Assembly: GCA_013286205.1 (NCBI GenBank)
Contig: JABDGD010000009.1
Span: 3,759-67,758 of the forward strand
DNA length: 64,000 bases
Reading direction: 5' to 3'
DNA from: Candidatus Firestoneibacteriota bacterium
GTDB taxonomy: Bacteria > Oederibacteriota > Muellerivitia > Muellerivitales > Muellerivitaceae
Numbering within the stretch: position 1 is the stretch's first letter; every line of letters starts with the position of its first letter. Positions 9,557 through 19,336 of the stretch are shown here, in pieces. The translations under genes were made by a program, and so were the position numbers. The notes beneath the pieces were generated by a model. The model did not search any database, was not told where the DNA came from, and saw only the letters and a list, made by a program, of their open reading frames with translations.

Positions 9557-10268
9557 CGCCGGATTTTAAAAGCGCGTTCAAATTCACCTGTTTGGCTTCC
9601 AGTGCATCCAAATCCCTTTTTGCTTCCTCGTTGCCTTTGTCAGCGGCCATTTTGTACCACTTGTGGGCCTCGCCCAAATCCTTGGTCACGCCAATTCCGT
9701 TTTCATATAAATAACCCATGTTAATTTCGGCCGAATCATTGCCCAGAGCGACCGCCTTTTGATACCAGGCAATCGCCTCCCGGGTATCCGTCGCCACCCC
9801 TAAACCGTTTTGATAGCACCAGCCCACGTTAGTTTCCGCGGAAGAACTTCCCTGCGCCGCCGCCTTTTTGTACCAGTCCAAAGCCGCGCTATTGTCAGTT
9901 TTGACTCCCAATCCATTTTGGTAAAACCAGCCCATAAAATTCTCGGCCGTGGCGTCGCCCTTGAGGGCGGCTTGCCGGTAATAATTCACGGCGCTGGTAT
10001 AGTTTTTTACATTCATGGCATCAGTGCCTTTTTTGTTCAGCGCGTCCACGCTCATAGCCGCCAGGGCCGCCGCGTTTTCAGTGGGTTTGTAGTAAATCGA
10101 GAAATAAACCACCAGGGCTCCGAAAACAATGAGAACTCCGGCCACCTGGAGTTTAGAGAATCGGGGCCGGGACACGGAGGGTCTGGGCGCGGCTAAAGAA
10201 GCGCGGCACATACCGCAAAACTTGGCCCCATCCTGATTTTCAGCTCCACACTGAGTACATTTTTTCAA
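9543..10268 (-). CDS. Zinc-ribbon / TM / Sel1-repeat (SLR) protein
   Basis: An N-terminal CTQCGAENQDGAKFCGMC zinc ribbon is followed by one TM helix (VAGVLIVFGALVVYFSIYY). Four Sel1-type repeats follow (GWFYQNGLGVKTDNSAALDWYKKAAAQG and similar). Confidence 0.8.
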   Translation of the reverse strand: MKKCTQCGAENQDGAKFCGMCRASLAAPRPSVSRPRFSKLQVAGVLIVFGALVVYFSIYYKPTENAAALAAMSVDALNKKGTDAMNVKNYTSAVNYYRQAALKGDATAENFMGWFYQNGLGVKTDNSAALDWYKKAAAQGSSSAETNVGWCYQNGLGVATDTREAIAWYQKAVALGNDSAEINMGYLYENGIGVTKDLGEAHKWYKMAADKGNEEAKRDLDALEAKQVNLNALLKSGVKSE

Positions 10269-10349
10269 AACACCCTCCTGGTGATAACGCCCCTTGGGGC
10301 CGGCTAAGAGTTTGAAACCCCATCAATCTTATATGCTAAAATCACTTCC

Positions 10350-12356
10350 ATGAAAGAAAAGGTTTCACCTTCCATTTTAAAACACTCCCTTTCCTTTAAT
10401 CCTTGGGTCTTTTTTATTATTTTTCTCGCCAGCAACACGCTCCTGTCTTTTTATCCCTTTCCCCTTCAGACTCAATTTTTTATCGTTTTTTTCGGTTTGA
10501 TTCTGCCTTTCATCGCCGGTTATCAAATAGTCACTGAAAGAAAAAACCAAAACGCCTCACCACCCGTCGCGGATAGCGGGCCTGTCCCTTTTTGGCTGTG
10601 GTTCATTTTTATCGCTTTTGTTCTGTTCACCCGCTTTTACCACCTCACCAGTCTGCCCAGCTGGCTTTATATTGATGAGGGGTACGAAAGCGCGCTAGGC
10701 ATGGGACTTTTGAGTCATTGGGACTGGCGGCTTCTCTGGAGTCCTGTGCCCCACGAGCCCCTTTTAGATTGGCTTTTGGGTTTCTATTTCAAAATCTGTC
10801 CGCCCTCTCTTTTTTCTTTCCGGCTTTTTTCCACACTCATCTCATTGGCGACTATCACAGCGGGCTATTGGGCTTCCCGCGCCGTCTTCTCCCGCCGGGT
10901 TTCTTTTCTTTTTGCGGTCATTTTAGCCTTTTGCTATTGGTCCTTTACCCTGTCCCGGCTGGGCATTGTGGTAATTCTCATTCCCTTGATTCAATGTTTC
11001 GGTTTGGGCTGTCTGGGGCGCCTGCTTCGGGCCCAATCCCACTCCGTCCGCTGGTGGGCCTGGGCAGGTTTAACTGCCGCCAACATCCTGGGGTTTTATT
11101 CCTGGACTAACTGGGCCGGCCTCGGTTTGGCCATCTCGTTTATCTTGCTTATCTATTATTTTAAAAATCCAAAACTCTCCAAAGCGCCGCTTTGGTCATT
11201 TTACGGCGTATCCGCGATCGGTGTATTTCCGCTGGTGCTGGCCCGCTTAGCGCCAGGTGCGCTGTCTCACATTGGCCAAATTTATCATTTCAATCCGCTG
11301 AAGGCTTTTATCTATAACATCGTTGGTATTTTCTGGGATGGTTCCGCTACTTTTAACTTCGGCTCTCTTTGGGGCGGCTTCTTAAACCCCATCATTGACT
11401 CGCTGGCGCTCCTCGGCGCGCTTTTCTTTTTTCAGCGAAAGATAACCTTGTGGCAGTGGCTGGTTCCGGCCGTTGTGTTCATCTCGCTCTTACCCGCCTT
11501 ATCCGCCTCCAGCGACGTTGAGCTTTACCGCACGCTTCCGGTGCTGGTCTTTCTAACGTTGGCCGCGGCGGCCGGCTTAAATGGGCTACTCAAACTTTAT
11601 CCAGGCAGACTTAATACCGCTTTTGTGTTTTCTCTTTTATTCGCTTCGATCGGATTGGATATTTACAATTACACGGCCTTTTACAGCAACAACCGCTACA
11701 TTCCGGAAGAATTACAGTGGCGGTCTAACGCCTATGCCCAGGCCTATCAGACTCTTAATCAATTACAGCGGCAGTCCGGCCCGCTTTATGTTTTCTCGCA
11801 ATTCACCACCGAATATGACAATCGAACTATTGATGTCGCGCTTTACCCTTTTAACGTTCTCCAAAACCCAGTTCTGAACGATGCCCATCCCCAATGGACC
11901 GCCGTGATGACCAACGTGAATTACATTCCCTTTTTAGTGAAAGCCTACCCACACGCGCAAGTAACCCTGTTGAAAAAGGCGGGCGACCCCTCAAAATCTT
12001 CCAACTTCATCGCGCTGGTCATTTTGCCGACAAACGACATATCCGCCGCCACTTTGTCTCAATGGAAAGAAGCCGACGCCATATTCCGCAAAATCAATTT
12101 GTACCTTTTAAACAAGAACCCCATTACACCCTGGGACGATATCGCCAACAGCTTCCCCCCACTGTCCCAAAACACCAAAGCCGATCCGCTGGCCCGTGCC
12201 ATCTACTGGGAAAAGGTCGGATTATTTCATTTCCAGGGAAAGAACTTCAAAGAAGCCGCGGAAGATTACCGCCGGGCTATTCAACAGGGTTATCCCGCCG
12301 CGCACCTTCAGTACAATTTAAGCGTCGCGCTTAAATCCATTGAAAACAAAAAATAA
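10350..12356 (+). CDS. GT-C fold membrane glycosyltransferase (ArnT/PMT, GT39/GT83-like) with C-terminal TPR-like tail
   Basis: 668 aa with many TM helices. The first loop, LFTRFYHLTSLPSWLYIDEGYES, carries the D-E motif typical of ArnT/PMT-type enzymes. The C-terminus WEKVGLFHFQGKNFKEAAEDYRRAIQQGY is TPR-like. Confidence 0.55.
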   Translation: MKEKVSPSILKHSLSFNPWVFFIIFLASNTLLSFYPFPLQTQFFIVFFGLILPFIAGYQIVTERKNQNASPPVADSGPVPFWLWFIFIAFVLFTRFYHLTSLPSWLYIDEGYESALGMGLLSHWDWRLLWSPVPHEPLLDWLLGFYFKICPPSLFSFRLFSTLISLATITAGYWASRAVFSRRVSFLFAVILAFCYWSFTLSRLGIVVILIPLIQCFGLGCLGRLLRAQSHSVRWWAWAGLTAANILGFYSWTNWAGLGLAISFILLIYYFKNPKLSKAPLWSFYGVSAIGVFPLVLARLAPGALSHIGQIYHFNPLKAFIYNIVGIFWDGSATFNFGSLWGGFLNPIIDSLALLGALFFFQRKITLWQWLVPAVVFISLLPALSASSDVELYRTLPVLVFLTLAAAAGLNGLLKLYPGRLNTAFVFSLLFASIGLDIYNYTAFYSNNRYIPEELQWRSNAYAQAYQTLNQLQRQSGPLYVFSQFTTEYDNRTIDVALYPFNVLQNPVLNDAHPQWTAVMTNVNYIPFLVKAYPHAQVTLLKKAGDPSKSSNFIALVILPTNDISAATLSQWKEADAIFRKINLYLLNKNPITPWDDIANSFPPLSQNTKADPLARAIYWEKVGLFHFQGKNFKEAAEDYRRAIQQGYPAAHLQYNLSVALKSIENKK

Positions 12357-12374
12357 GGCCCACCTTCACCCGGG

Positions 12375-13292
12375 CTATTTTTCGCCTTGTTCCTTTAAAA
12401 GCCTCAGAGCCTCATCCAGTTCTTTGCGACGCGACTTATCCGCCTCCGGATATTTCATCTGGAGTTTTTCCAATGTGTCCAAAATGATCTTCGAGATAAT
12501 TAACCGGGTATCCGCCTTGTTATCCGCGGGAACAATGTACCAGGGGGCTTCTTTCGTGCTGGTGGCGTTCAGACAAGACTCGTAAGCCTTTCGGTAGTCC
12601 TTCCAGTATTCCCGCTCCTTAATATCGTCCAGGCTGAACTTCCAATTCTTCTCCGTTTTTTCCAGGCGGGATATAAACCGTTGGCGCTGTTCCTCTTTGG
12701 ACAAGTGCAGAAAAAACTTAATAATGCGGGTTCCGTTGCGGTATAGGTGATTTTCCAGTCCCAGAATCGACTTGTACCGATTCTCCCAAATATTTTTCCC
12801 ATCCAGAAGTTCCTCGGGTAATTGCTCTGCCTTTAGAATTTCTGGGTGAACCCTGGCAATCAGCACTTCCTCATAATAAGAGCGGTTAAAGATTCCTATT
12901 TTCCCCCGCTCGGGCAAATCTCTCGTGGTACGCCATAGAAAATCATGCTGAAGTTCCTGCGCGCTGGGATGCTTATAACTAAATACCTGACAGCCCTGTG
13001 GATTGATGCCGGACATCACGTGTTTGATAGCGCCATCTTTACCCGCGGCGTCCATCGCCTGAAAGATCAGCAAAATCGAATAGTGGTTATCCGCGTAGAG
13101 CAGGCTTTGAATGGCGCTGAGTTCCTCGACGTTTTTGGCCAGGGCTATTTGATACTCTTCGCGGGAACCGCACAGAGCTTTAATTTTGGTCGGCCACTCC
13201 TTTAGATCGACTGCCTTATCTTCTTTAACGCGATAGTCTTTCGGATCGATTTTCATGGCGCCCTTCCCGCTGAGATGATGGCAATTCAACAC
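12375..13292 (-). CDS. ppk2: Polyphosphate kinase 2 (PPK2) family phosphotransferase
   Basis: The PPK2 hallmark blocks are [19 protein letters not shown] (P-loop), [34 protein letters not shown] and the lid region. ATG 13256 (MKIDPKDY) is a likelier start than the listed TTG 13292. Confidence 0.85.
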   Translation of the reverse strand: MLNCHHLSGKGAMKIDPKDYRVKEDKAVDLKEWPTKIKALCGSREEYQIALAKNVEELSAIQSLLYADNHYSILLIFQAMDAAGKDGAIKHVMSGINPQGCQVFSYKHPSAQELQHDFLWRTTRDLPERGKIGIFNRSYYEEVLIARVHPEILKAEQLPEELLDGKNIWENRYKSILGLENHLYRNGTRIIKFFLHLSKEEQRQRFISRLEKTEKNWKFSLDDIKEREYWKDYRKAYESCLNATSTKEAPWYIVPADNKADTRLIISKIILDTLEKLQMKYPEADKSRRKELDEALRLLKEQGEK

Positions 13293-13383
13293 ACGACACT
13301 TTAGTTACATCTGTTATTAAAAGACACCGCAGATCTCACATAAAGACATCCAGACTTAACTTCGCCAATCCCCCGAATCAGGC

Positions 13384-13635
13384 TTAGCGATAGTTGTCAA
13401 AATGCTCTTCACGGGAAACAACCCGGACTTGGTTGATCACCTGTCTCACACCGCCGATCATTTTAACCGCGGTGTCCATTTGCCGCTTTTCCTCAAAATC
13501 TTCGGCAATGCCAGACACAGTCACCACTCCGCCCCTTACTTTGACATGCAGGTGTTCCCCCATGCCCCGAAGGCTCGCGTGAACATGAGCCTCCATTTCA
13601 ACGTCTCTTGGATCCGAATAAGGTTCAAAGACCAT
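13384..13635 (-). CDS. Small cytoplasmic BON-domain protein (subtype A)
   Basis: 83 aa with no signal peptide. HLHVKVRGGVVTVSGIAEDFEEKRQMDTAVKMIGGVRQVINQVRV is a single BON domain. The closest paralog is 57995..58246. Confidence 0.75.
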   Translation of the reverse strand: MVFEPYSDPRDVEMEAHVHASLRGMGEHLHVKVRGGVVTVSGIAEDFEEKRQMDTAVKMIGGVRQVINQVRVVSREEHFDNYR

Positions 13636-13979
13636 TTTCGACCTCCTTGTTAGATGGCGGTTGATGCTGCCATCTCAAAGACTGCCTCTTACCCTAATGG
13701 TAAAGATAAAGACATTTGAAACAAGGCCCCGCTCCAACTTACCCGTTGAATCATGGTGCGCCTTACCCGCAAATTGATCTCTACAATTATTTTCGCCCCA
13801 GAAAATACCAGACTTGGACAATCGCACTTTTTTCGTCAATTCCCTGATAATCCAACGTTAAATCGTACCCGCAGGTTCTTGACAGCCTCTATTAAGTGGT
13901 AGGCTTTAATTAGGGCGCTTTTGAGGTGTTTTTAAATGCCTCAAAAATGCCAGTTGGAGCTTGGGTCAAGGAGGCTCAG

Positions 13980-14435
13980 ATGATTCGTTTGAAAGCAAAA
14001 GGTTTTACATTGATTGAACTGATGATCGTTGTCGCGATTATCGGTATTTTGGCGGCCATCGCTATTCCGCGTTTCGCTCAGATGTTGGAGAAATCCAAAG
14101 AGGGCGCGACTAAGGGTAATATTGGCGCGATGAAGTCCGCTGCGGAAATTTACTACGGGAACTGGCAGGGTATTTGGCCGACGACTTTGTGGTCTTCGTC
14201 CAGCTACACTTTTAGCCAGAACCTGGATAACGTTCCTCTGGTCAAGGTGACGGGCGCTTTTGTACCCAATTCACCGAACCCCTCGGGAAACAATGTTCTT
14301 TACACTGTGTATAACGGCACGCCAAGCTCCGCCGGTAACGGATGGGCGTACGATAGCACAGGGGGTTATGTGTTCGTGAACAGCACGACGCACGATTCCG
14401 CCAACATGGCGTACTCTTTCTACGGATTCCAATAA
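13980..14435 (+). CDS. Type IV pilin / T2SS pseudopilin-like protein (orphan)
   Basis: RBS AAGGAGG precedes ATG 13980. MIRLKAKGFTLIELMIVVAIIGILAAIAIPRF is a prepilin-peptidase N-methylation motif. The listed start 13926 is an upstream GTG. Confidence 0.8.
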   Translation: MIRLKAKGFTLIELMIVVAIIGILAAIAIPRFAQMLEKSKEGATKGNIGAMKSAAEIYYGNWQGIWPTTLWSSSSYTFSQNLDNVPLVKVTGAFVPNSPNPSGNNVLYTVYNGTPSSAGNGWAYDSTGGYVFVNSTTHDSANMAYSFYGFQ

Positions 14436-14458
14436 ACAAGACTTTTGCGCAACAAAAA

Positions 14459-14492
14459 GGCCCGGCTCATTTTCTAAGCCGGGCCTTTTTTT
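14459..14492 (+). terminator. Rho-independent (bidirectional) terminator after pilin gene
   Basis: GGCCCGGCT (14459-67) pairs with AGCCGGGCC (14477-85), then T7 (14486-92). An A-run on the 5' side makes it usable from the minus strand too. Confidence 0.8.
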
Positions 14493-14521
14493 ATTTTTAA
14501 CAGACGTTAATTTCGTTCCCG

Positions 14522-14806
14522 CTACCAGGACAGCTGTTTCTTGAAATGTTCGGCGATGTATTGGGGCGTCACTGTTTTAAAAAACGGATGAAGATGGCGC
14601 GGCGCCATAAAGTTAATTTGTCCCGCCGCGCTGGACCAAACCGGGATAACATTCCCTTTGTATCCCGCCGCGACAGCTCTCTTTTGGAACTCCATCAATA
14701 TCTCGCTTTGGGCCTCGAATTTTTTGTCGCCAAAAGCATGGTCCAAAATAATCAAAATCAGGTCATCACCCTCGACGTTTACGGTCGCTATATTAAATGT
14801 CGGCAT
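14522..14806 (-). CDS. Hypothetical protein
   Basis: A 94-aa ORF with no signal peptide or recognisable motif. Confidence 0.4.
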   Translation of the reverse strand: MPTFNIATVNVEGDDLILIILDHAFGDKKFEAQSEILMEFQKRAVAAGYKGNVIPVWSSAAGQINFMAPRHLHPFFKTVTPQYIAEHFKKQLSW

Positions 14807-14870
14807 ACAGTCCCCTTGGTCCCGAAACTAGATTCGCATCACTTTAACTCAGACATTAAGGGAAAAGGTC

Positions 14871-14907
14871 AAAAAAAAGCCCTGCCCGCGCTTCCGTGGA
14901 CAAGGCT
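14871..14907 (-). terminator. Possible rho-independent terminator after 14932..15195
   Basis: The minus strand reads AGCCTTG...CAGGGCT (one mismatch) followed by T8 (plus-strand A-run 14871-78). Confidence 0.35.
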
Positions 14908-14931
14908 AAACGAAGCCATTCATCTCAACTT

Positions 14932-15195
14932 TTACTCAGAATCCGGCGTCACGCTCCCCATCGGCGTTAAAGTCGCGGTGGGCTCCATTTGACCAACGGG
15001 TACACCGGGAGGCGTCAGCTCATTAGGCAGATTTTTAGAGGTAGGCATTTCCGCTCTTTCCCGCACTTCAGAGGACGCATCCCAGCTGCTGTCATCCTTT
15101 GCGTTTTGCGCCGAAGCCAACCCCGCTCCCAGAGCAAGCAAAACTGCCAGAGCGCTGAACAACATCATCTGTTTTTTTCTATTGTCGACTTTCAT
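14932..15195 (-). CDS. Small secreted protein
   Basis: 87 aa with signal peptide MMLFSALAVLLALGAGLASAQNA. It overlaps the AI-2E gene upstream by 4 nt. Confidence 0.5.
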   Translation of the reverse strand: MKVDNRKKQMMLFSALAVLLALGAGLASAQNAKDDSSWDASSEVRERAEMPTSKNLPNELTPPGVPVGQMEPTATLTPMGSVTPDSE

Positions 15196-16442
15196 AATGC
15201 CTCCACATCTTTTTTAACTAATACGTCTCCGGCTTTTTTCAGCAACTCAGTTTCCTCTTTAACCCGGTCTCCCGAAATTTCCACCGCGATCGCGGCAGAT
15301 TCTTCAGAAGAAACGCCTTCGGTGCGGCGTTCGTATTCCTTCTCTCCGCGGTCGTCCTTTTCACGCAAGATCCCATCAGCCACCTGCTCCTGAACCCCTG
15401 GCAATTGCACCCGCAACTCCTCAATCAGCATCATCATGGCCGCGGCGAAAGGGAGCGCCAACAAAGCACCCACGACGCCCATTAAAGTGCCTCCGACCAA
15501 AAGCGATATCAAAACCACTGTTGACGGCAAACGAAGGGCATGTCCATAAACTCTCGGTACCAGCACCCTGCTTTCAAACTCCATGTACAGGAGCATGCAA
15601 GCCAGAACCACTATGGTAATCACAGGACCATGAGGCGCCGCCGAAAGAACCGCCGCGGCAATGGGAAGGAAAATACCGATATAGGGCAGGACATCGGCGA
15701 TGCCTCCAAATACCGCCAGGGCCAGGGCGTTCTCCACGCCGCAGGCCACCAAAAGAACCAAAATAAAAACGCCTATGGACACACTGGTAATCACTTGACC
15801 CCGAATATAGGCGCCCACGATAGTTTCCAAATTCATCATCACTCGCGAAAGCCGAATGTGGTGTGTTCTGGGAATAACGGAAAAGAGTCCGCCCCTCAGC
15901 CGGTCGCGGTCGATCATGATATAGAGAGCCAGCGAAATCGCGCCTAAAGTGTAGGTAATAAATTCCAAAGCCTGCAGGGAAAACGCCGTCGCGTTAGTCA
16001 CTGTCACCGAACCGCTGTATTTAAAATTACGGAGCCATTTGGCCAAAGCCTCGCTAAAAGGAAAACCCGAAAGCTTATCCGCCAGTTCGGAACGCAAAAG
16101 CGGTTCCTGATCCAAAATCGAGGAAGCCTGCGCCAAAAGTGCCGGCACTGTAAAAATGGCCGTTACCACCGTCACAATCACCAACGACACAAACACCAGC
16201 GCTATGGCCGCGCCTCGGCTCACCTTCTTTTTTTCCAGCCAACCAACCGCGGGATTCAGGGTTTCCACAATAAAAAAGGCCGCGATTAAGACTAAAAAGA
16301 CCGGCAAAAGCTTAAACAGCAGCCACAAGCCCGCGATAATCAGCACAATGCTAATCATGGTGGAGGGCGCTAATTCAAAACGATGAATTCGAGTCAGGTT
16401 TTTCTTTTGGCTTTCCAATTCTAACTTTGAAGCGGGAATCAT
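15192..16442 (-). CDS. AI-2E (PerM/UPF0118) family transporter
   Basis: 416 aa with about 8 TM helices. The conserved C-terminal core GALLALPFAAAMMMLIEE is followed by an acidic cytoplasmic tail. Confidence 0.7.
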   Translation of the reverse strand: MIPASKLELESQKKNLTRIHRFELAPSTMISIVLIIAGLWLLFKLLPVFLVLIAAFFIVETLNPAVGWLEKKKVSRGAAIALVFVSLVIVTVVTAIFTVPALLAQASSILDQEPLLRSELADKLSGFPFSEALAKWLRNFKYSGSVTVTNATAFSLQALEFITYTLGAISLALYIMIDRDRLRGGLFSVIPRTHHIRLSRVMMNLETIVGAYIRGQVITSVSIGVFILVLLVACGVENALALAVFGGIADVLPYIGIFLPIAAAVLSAAPHGPVITIVVLACMLLYMEFESRVLVPRVYGHALRLPSTVVLISLLVGGTLMGVVGALLALPFAAAMMMLIEELRVQLPGVQEQVADGILREKDDRGEKEYERRTEGVSSEESAAIAVEISGDRVKEETELLKKAGDVLVKKDVEAL

Positions 16443-16470
16443 ATTTCAGGCCTTCATTGCGGTATTTTTC

Positions 16471-16505
16471 AAAAAAATAGGGCGGATGTCTTGGGACATC
16501 CGCCC
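16471..16505 (-). terminator. Rho-independent terminator after 16525..17043
   Basis: A perfect 11-bp stem, GGGCGGATGTC (16480-90) pairing with GACATCCGCCC (16495-505), has a 4-nt loop. It is followed on the minus strand by T7 (plus-strand A-run 16471-77). Confidence 0.8.
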
Positions 16506-16524
16506 CCCAGCCGTATCGCCAAAA

Positions 16525-17043
16525 CTACTTGGCTTCGGATTCCTGCTTCTTATCGTCAATCTTCTCGTTGGTTTTGTTCAACTTTTGTCCATTCGAGTCC
16601 AGCTTACTCACATCCGAATCACGTTTGTCGCGGTCAGTCTTTAAGCTGCTCAGGCTGGCTTTGCGTTCCGCGCGGTCTCGCTTGAGTTTCATCGCGTCTT
16701 TATTCATCGCGTGATGGTCGTGTTTAATATCGGCCAGCTTCGCCTTGATCGCGCTTTGGTCGCCCTTAGCCTTGGCATCCTTCAATTCTTCGCGGTCTTT
16801 CAGCAAATTTTCGTAATGACTGTTCATGCGTCTTTTGTCATTCTTGATCTTGTCATTGCCGGCATTGACGGAGGCGCTATCCTCGCCGATGTTGTTATCA
16901 GCCTTGCTGACGCCCTTTTGGTCGTTGCTAACTTTGTCATTCAAATCACGTTTATCATTTTGCAGCGAAGCCTCATCCGCCAAAGCCAAACCCATGGCGG
17001 ATAAAAAAACCAATCCCATCACCATCATTAATCGATTTTTCAT
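16525..17043 (-). CDS. Secreted K/D/N-rich coiled-coil protein (LEA-like composition)
   Basis: 172 aa with a signal peptide ending LALADEA. The mature part is dominated by K, D, N, S, A and E (for example KIKNDKRRMNSHYENLLKDREELKDAKAKGD). It is similar in style to 55591..56364. Confidence 0.55.
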   Translation of the reverse strand: MKNRLMMVMGLVFLSAMGLALADEASLQNDKRDLNDKVSNDQKGVSKADNNIGEDSASVNAGNDKIKNDKRRMNSHYENLLKDREELKDAKAKGDQSAIKAKLADIKHDHHAMNKDAMKLKRDRAERKASLSSLKTDRDKRDSDVSKLDSNGQKLNKTNEKIDDKKQESEAK

Positions 17044-17087
17044 TTCACTTATCCTTTTCGTTTTATAAAACCCAAAACTAAGACTTA

Positions 17088-17510
17088 TTAGAAATACTCC
17101 ACCGGCAGGGGTTTACGCGGATTCGCGTGCGGCACAAACTTCGGCGTGTCGCTGGCTAACTGCCTGGCATGCTTAATTTGATCTGGGGTTTGACCCTTTT
17201 GAATCAAGAGAACCTGTCCAATTTCAATCTCATCCGGGTCTTGAATCTGATCGCGATCCGTCTTGAAGATCAAAGGCCACTCAAAGGAATCCGAATAGAT
17301 TCCCGATTGTTGCGAGATCGCCCAGAGGGTGTCTCCCTTTTTTACCACGTATTTCAATGTTTCCGCCGGCATCGGGGTCGGAGCCACCACTACTTGGTTG
17401 TCTTCCGGCGACTTCGGCACATCAGTCGTATCAACTTTCTTGGTCGCACAACCGCAGGCCAGTAAACCCATCAAACTCAACCCCACCGCTGCTTGTTTAA
17501 ACTTTTTCAT
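17088..17510 (-). CDS. LysM-domain lipoprotein
   Basis: The lipobox is LLACGCA. The LysM domain is YVVKKGDTLWAISQQSGIYSDSFEWPLIFKTDRDQIQDPDEIEIGQVLLI. Confidence 0.75.
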   Translation of the reverse strand: MKKFKQAAVGLSLMGLLACGCATKKVDTTDVPKSPEDNQVVVAPTPMPAETLKYVVKKGDTLWAISQQSGIYSDSFEWPLIFKTDRDQIQDPDEIEIGQVLLIQKGQTPDQIKHARQLASDTPKFVPHANPRKPLPVEYF

Positions 17511-17703
17511 CTTTGCTTCCTTTCAAAACCTAAAAGTCAGGTTATACCCTGATCCGTTAATTGGCTGATTGACCGTGAGCTTCCGCAAACCACAGGTACT
17601 TATCCGTTCCACGGGAAATCTAAATCAAGAGATCCGCCGTGCCTGCGTCCTTCATCTCGTTCACTTGTTCCATGGAGTCTTAACCCGATTCTCCACAAGC
17701 GGC

Positions 17704-17949
17704 TTAATCCTCATCCACCAAAACAAATTGGGACTTCGAAGCCCCGCAAGCGGGACAAGAACTAAGAACCCACTCGTTTCGAGACTTGAGCTCTCCGCAT
17801 ATCAAACACTTCCAAAGAATTTCAGTTTCATCCGCCGGCGCGTCATAGGTGTATTGCACCGCCACGGCCTTTAGCAAAGCCACCATTTCATCCGTCTTCT
17901 TCTCCGGCTCCGGTCTGTCTCGATATAGCCCCAATTGCTTAAAAGTCAT
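17704..17949 (-). CDS. Rubredoxin-type zinc/iron-ribbon protein
   Basis: 81 aa. The C-terminal WKCLICGE...SCPACGASKSQF has a CxxC...CxxC knuckle pair. It starts 10 nt after the SOD stop. Confidence 0.55.
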   Translation of the reverse strand: MTFKQLGLYRDRPEPEKKTDEMVALLKAVAVQYTYDAPADETEILWKCLICGELKSRNEWVLSSCPACGASKSQFVLVDED

Positions 17950-17958
17950 CGAACCCGC

Positions 17959-18573
17959 CTATCTGAATCCTTGACTTGCGTGAGAGTCGGAGAATTTAAC
18001 CACCGACTCAAACCTTCTTTGAACTTCTCCCCAATCAATTACTTTCATAAAAACTTCGATGTAAATTTTTCGTTCGATACCGTAATCCGTCCAATAAGCG
18101 TGCTCAAACACGTCATTGACCAAAAGCGGAACCGAGTAAAAAAGATAGCCCGTGTCATGTTCATTAATCCAAACGTTGAAAAGCCGCTTCCCTTCCGGGT
18201 CCCAGGCTAAAACTGTCCAACCAACACCTCTCATACTGGAAACCGCCACAAAATCTTTCTTCCAGGACTCGATAGACCCAAAGGAAGATTCAATCTGACG
18301 CGCGAGCCCCGACTCTGTATCCAATTCTTCAAAAGACTTGGTCATGTTCCCGAAGTAGGCCTCATGAAGCTTCATACCGTTAAATTCCCAGGCAAATCTT
18401 CTTTTCACTTCGTCGTATGCCTGGGTTTCTTTGTCCGCCTCATTCAAGAATTCGATCATTTTGTTGATGTGGGCTACATAGCCCTCGTAAAGCTTGAAAT
18501 GGGTTTTCAGCATTTTGTCGCTGAACCCCTGCGTCCCGATGAGTCGGTCGTAATTTTTAGCGATATAAGTCAT
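17959..18573 (-). CDS. Fe/Mn superoxide dismutase family protein (divergent)
   Basis: The family blocks are FNGMKLHEAYF, GVGWTVLAWD and VNDVFEHAYWTDY (D-x-[WF]-E-H-A-Y). RBS GGGAGAGGA plus ATG 18573 (MTYIAKNYD) is preferred over the listed start 18621. Confidence 0.7.
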   Translation of the reverse strand: MTYIAKNYDRLIGTQGFSDKMLKTHFKLYEGYVAHINKMIEFLNEADKETQAYDEVKRRFAWEFNGMKLHEAYFGNMTKSFEELDTESGLARQIESSFGSIESWKKDFVAVSSMRGVGWTVLAWDPEGKRLFNVWINEHDTGYLFYSVPLLVNDVFEHAYWTDYGIERKIYIEVFMKVIDWGEVQRRFESVVKFSDSHASQGFR

Positions 18574-18632
18574 CTGAATTTCCTCTCCCGATTCACAAAC
18601 CGGCCCGCGGCATGTACCCAAAATTCCCTGTC

Positions 18633-18648
18633 TGCCAAGTCTGTCCCA
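18633..18648 (-). promoter_or_regulatory. Weak sigma-54-like -24/-12 element upstream of SOD
   Basis: The minus strand reads TGGGACAGACTTGGCA. GG-N10-GC spacing is kept, but both boxes are off-consensus. A single TCAAGATGA 9-mer sits at 18652. Confidence 0.3.
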
Positions 18649-18710
18649 ACATCAAGATGACGAGGCAGATATTCCGGGTAAGCAGCGGGCCGCATTCTAA
18701 CCGCGATCAG

Positions 18711-19304
18711 CTAAATGAGAGACAGTCCCACCAGGAAGGTGAAAGTCCCGTTTTGAATTTGTTGTGTTTGATTGATATTGGTTAGGCCCAGTTCATAGCG
18801 GCCGCTCACCAGGATTCTCGAAAGATTGATCTGCACACCGGCCACCAGGCCCACATCCGTGCTGGTCACATTGGACGTTCCCGAGCTCGCGACATTCGCG
18901 TCAAAAGAGGGACCCAGCAAAATGCCGATCGGCCCAATGACACTGATATCCAAAAGAATGGGAATTTCCACGTAATCCAAGCGGTAGGGGTTTCCGTTAT
19001 ATTTTCCGCCCTTTTGTTCGTACATCAACTCCGGTTGAATCGCGAAAGTAGGTCCGATCGGCAAGCTCGCATAGGCGCCCACCACCCAGCCCAAACGGGA
19101 CGCGAATACGTCATTCACGTTTTGTCCATTTAGGTTGGCTAAGTCAAAACCACCCTCAACACCTAAACGCAGCGGAAAACCGGAACTTTCGCTCGAGCTC
19201 GAGGAATTAGTCGAGCTAGTATCCTCGTCCGCTCTGGCCAACGAACCGCCCACCACCATCAAACACAAACAACCCAACGTTAAAATTAGCTTTTTCATTT
19301 CCAA
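18711..19304 (-). CDS. Outer-membrane beta-barrel protein (PorT/OMP_b-brl_2-like)
   Basis: 197 aa with a signal peptide ending SLARADE. The blocks are LGVEGGFDLANLNG, ASRLGWVVGAY, QPELMYEQKGGKY and YVEIPILLD. There is a paralog at 60761..61342. Confidence 0.7.
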   Translation of the reverse strand: MEMKKLILTLGCLCLMVVGGSLARADEDTSSTNSSSSSESSGFPLRLGVEGGFDLANLNGQNVNDVFASRLGWVVGAYASLPIGPTFAIQPELMYEQKGGKYNGNPYRLDYVEIPILLDISVIGPIGILLGPSFDANVASSGTSNVTSTDVGLVAGVQINLSRILVSGRYELGLTNINQTQQIQNGTFTFLVGLSLI

Positions 19305-19336
19305 ATCTTTCTTTCAGCTTTAATTTGAGTCATTTT

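Noticed and set aside
13636-13925. Expected sigma-54 promoter or UAS upstream of the first BON gene and the pilin gene
   Set aside because: There is no GG-N10-GC element with acceptable boxes on either strand. Only a weak sigma-70-like TTGACA (13879) was seen. These genes appear to lie outside the regulon.
17959-18621. N-terminal extension MGTCRGPVCESGEEIQ of the SOD ORF
   Set aside because: The internal ATG 18573 has a strong RBS, and SOD-family homology begins there. The extension is probably untranslated leader.
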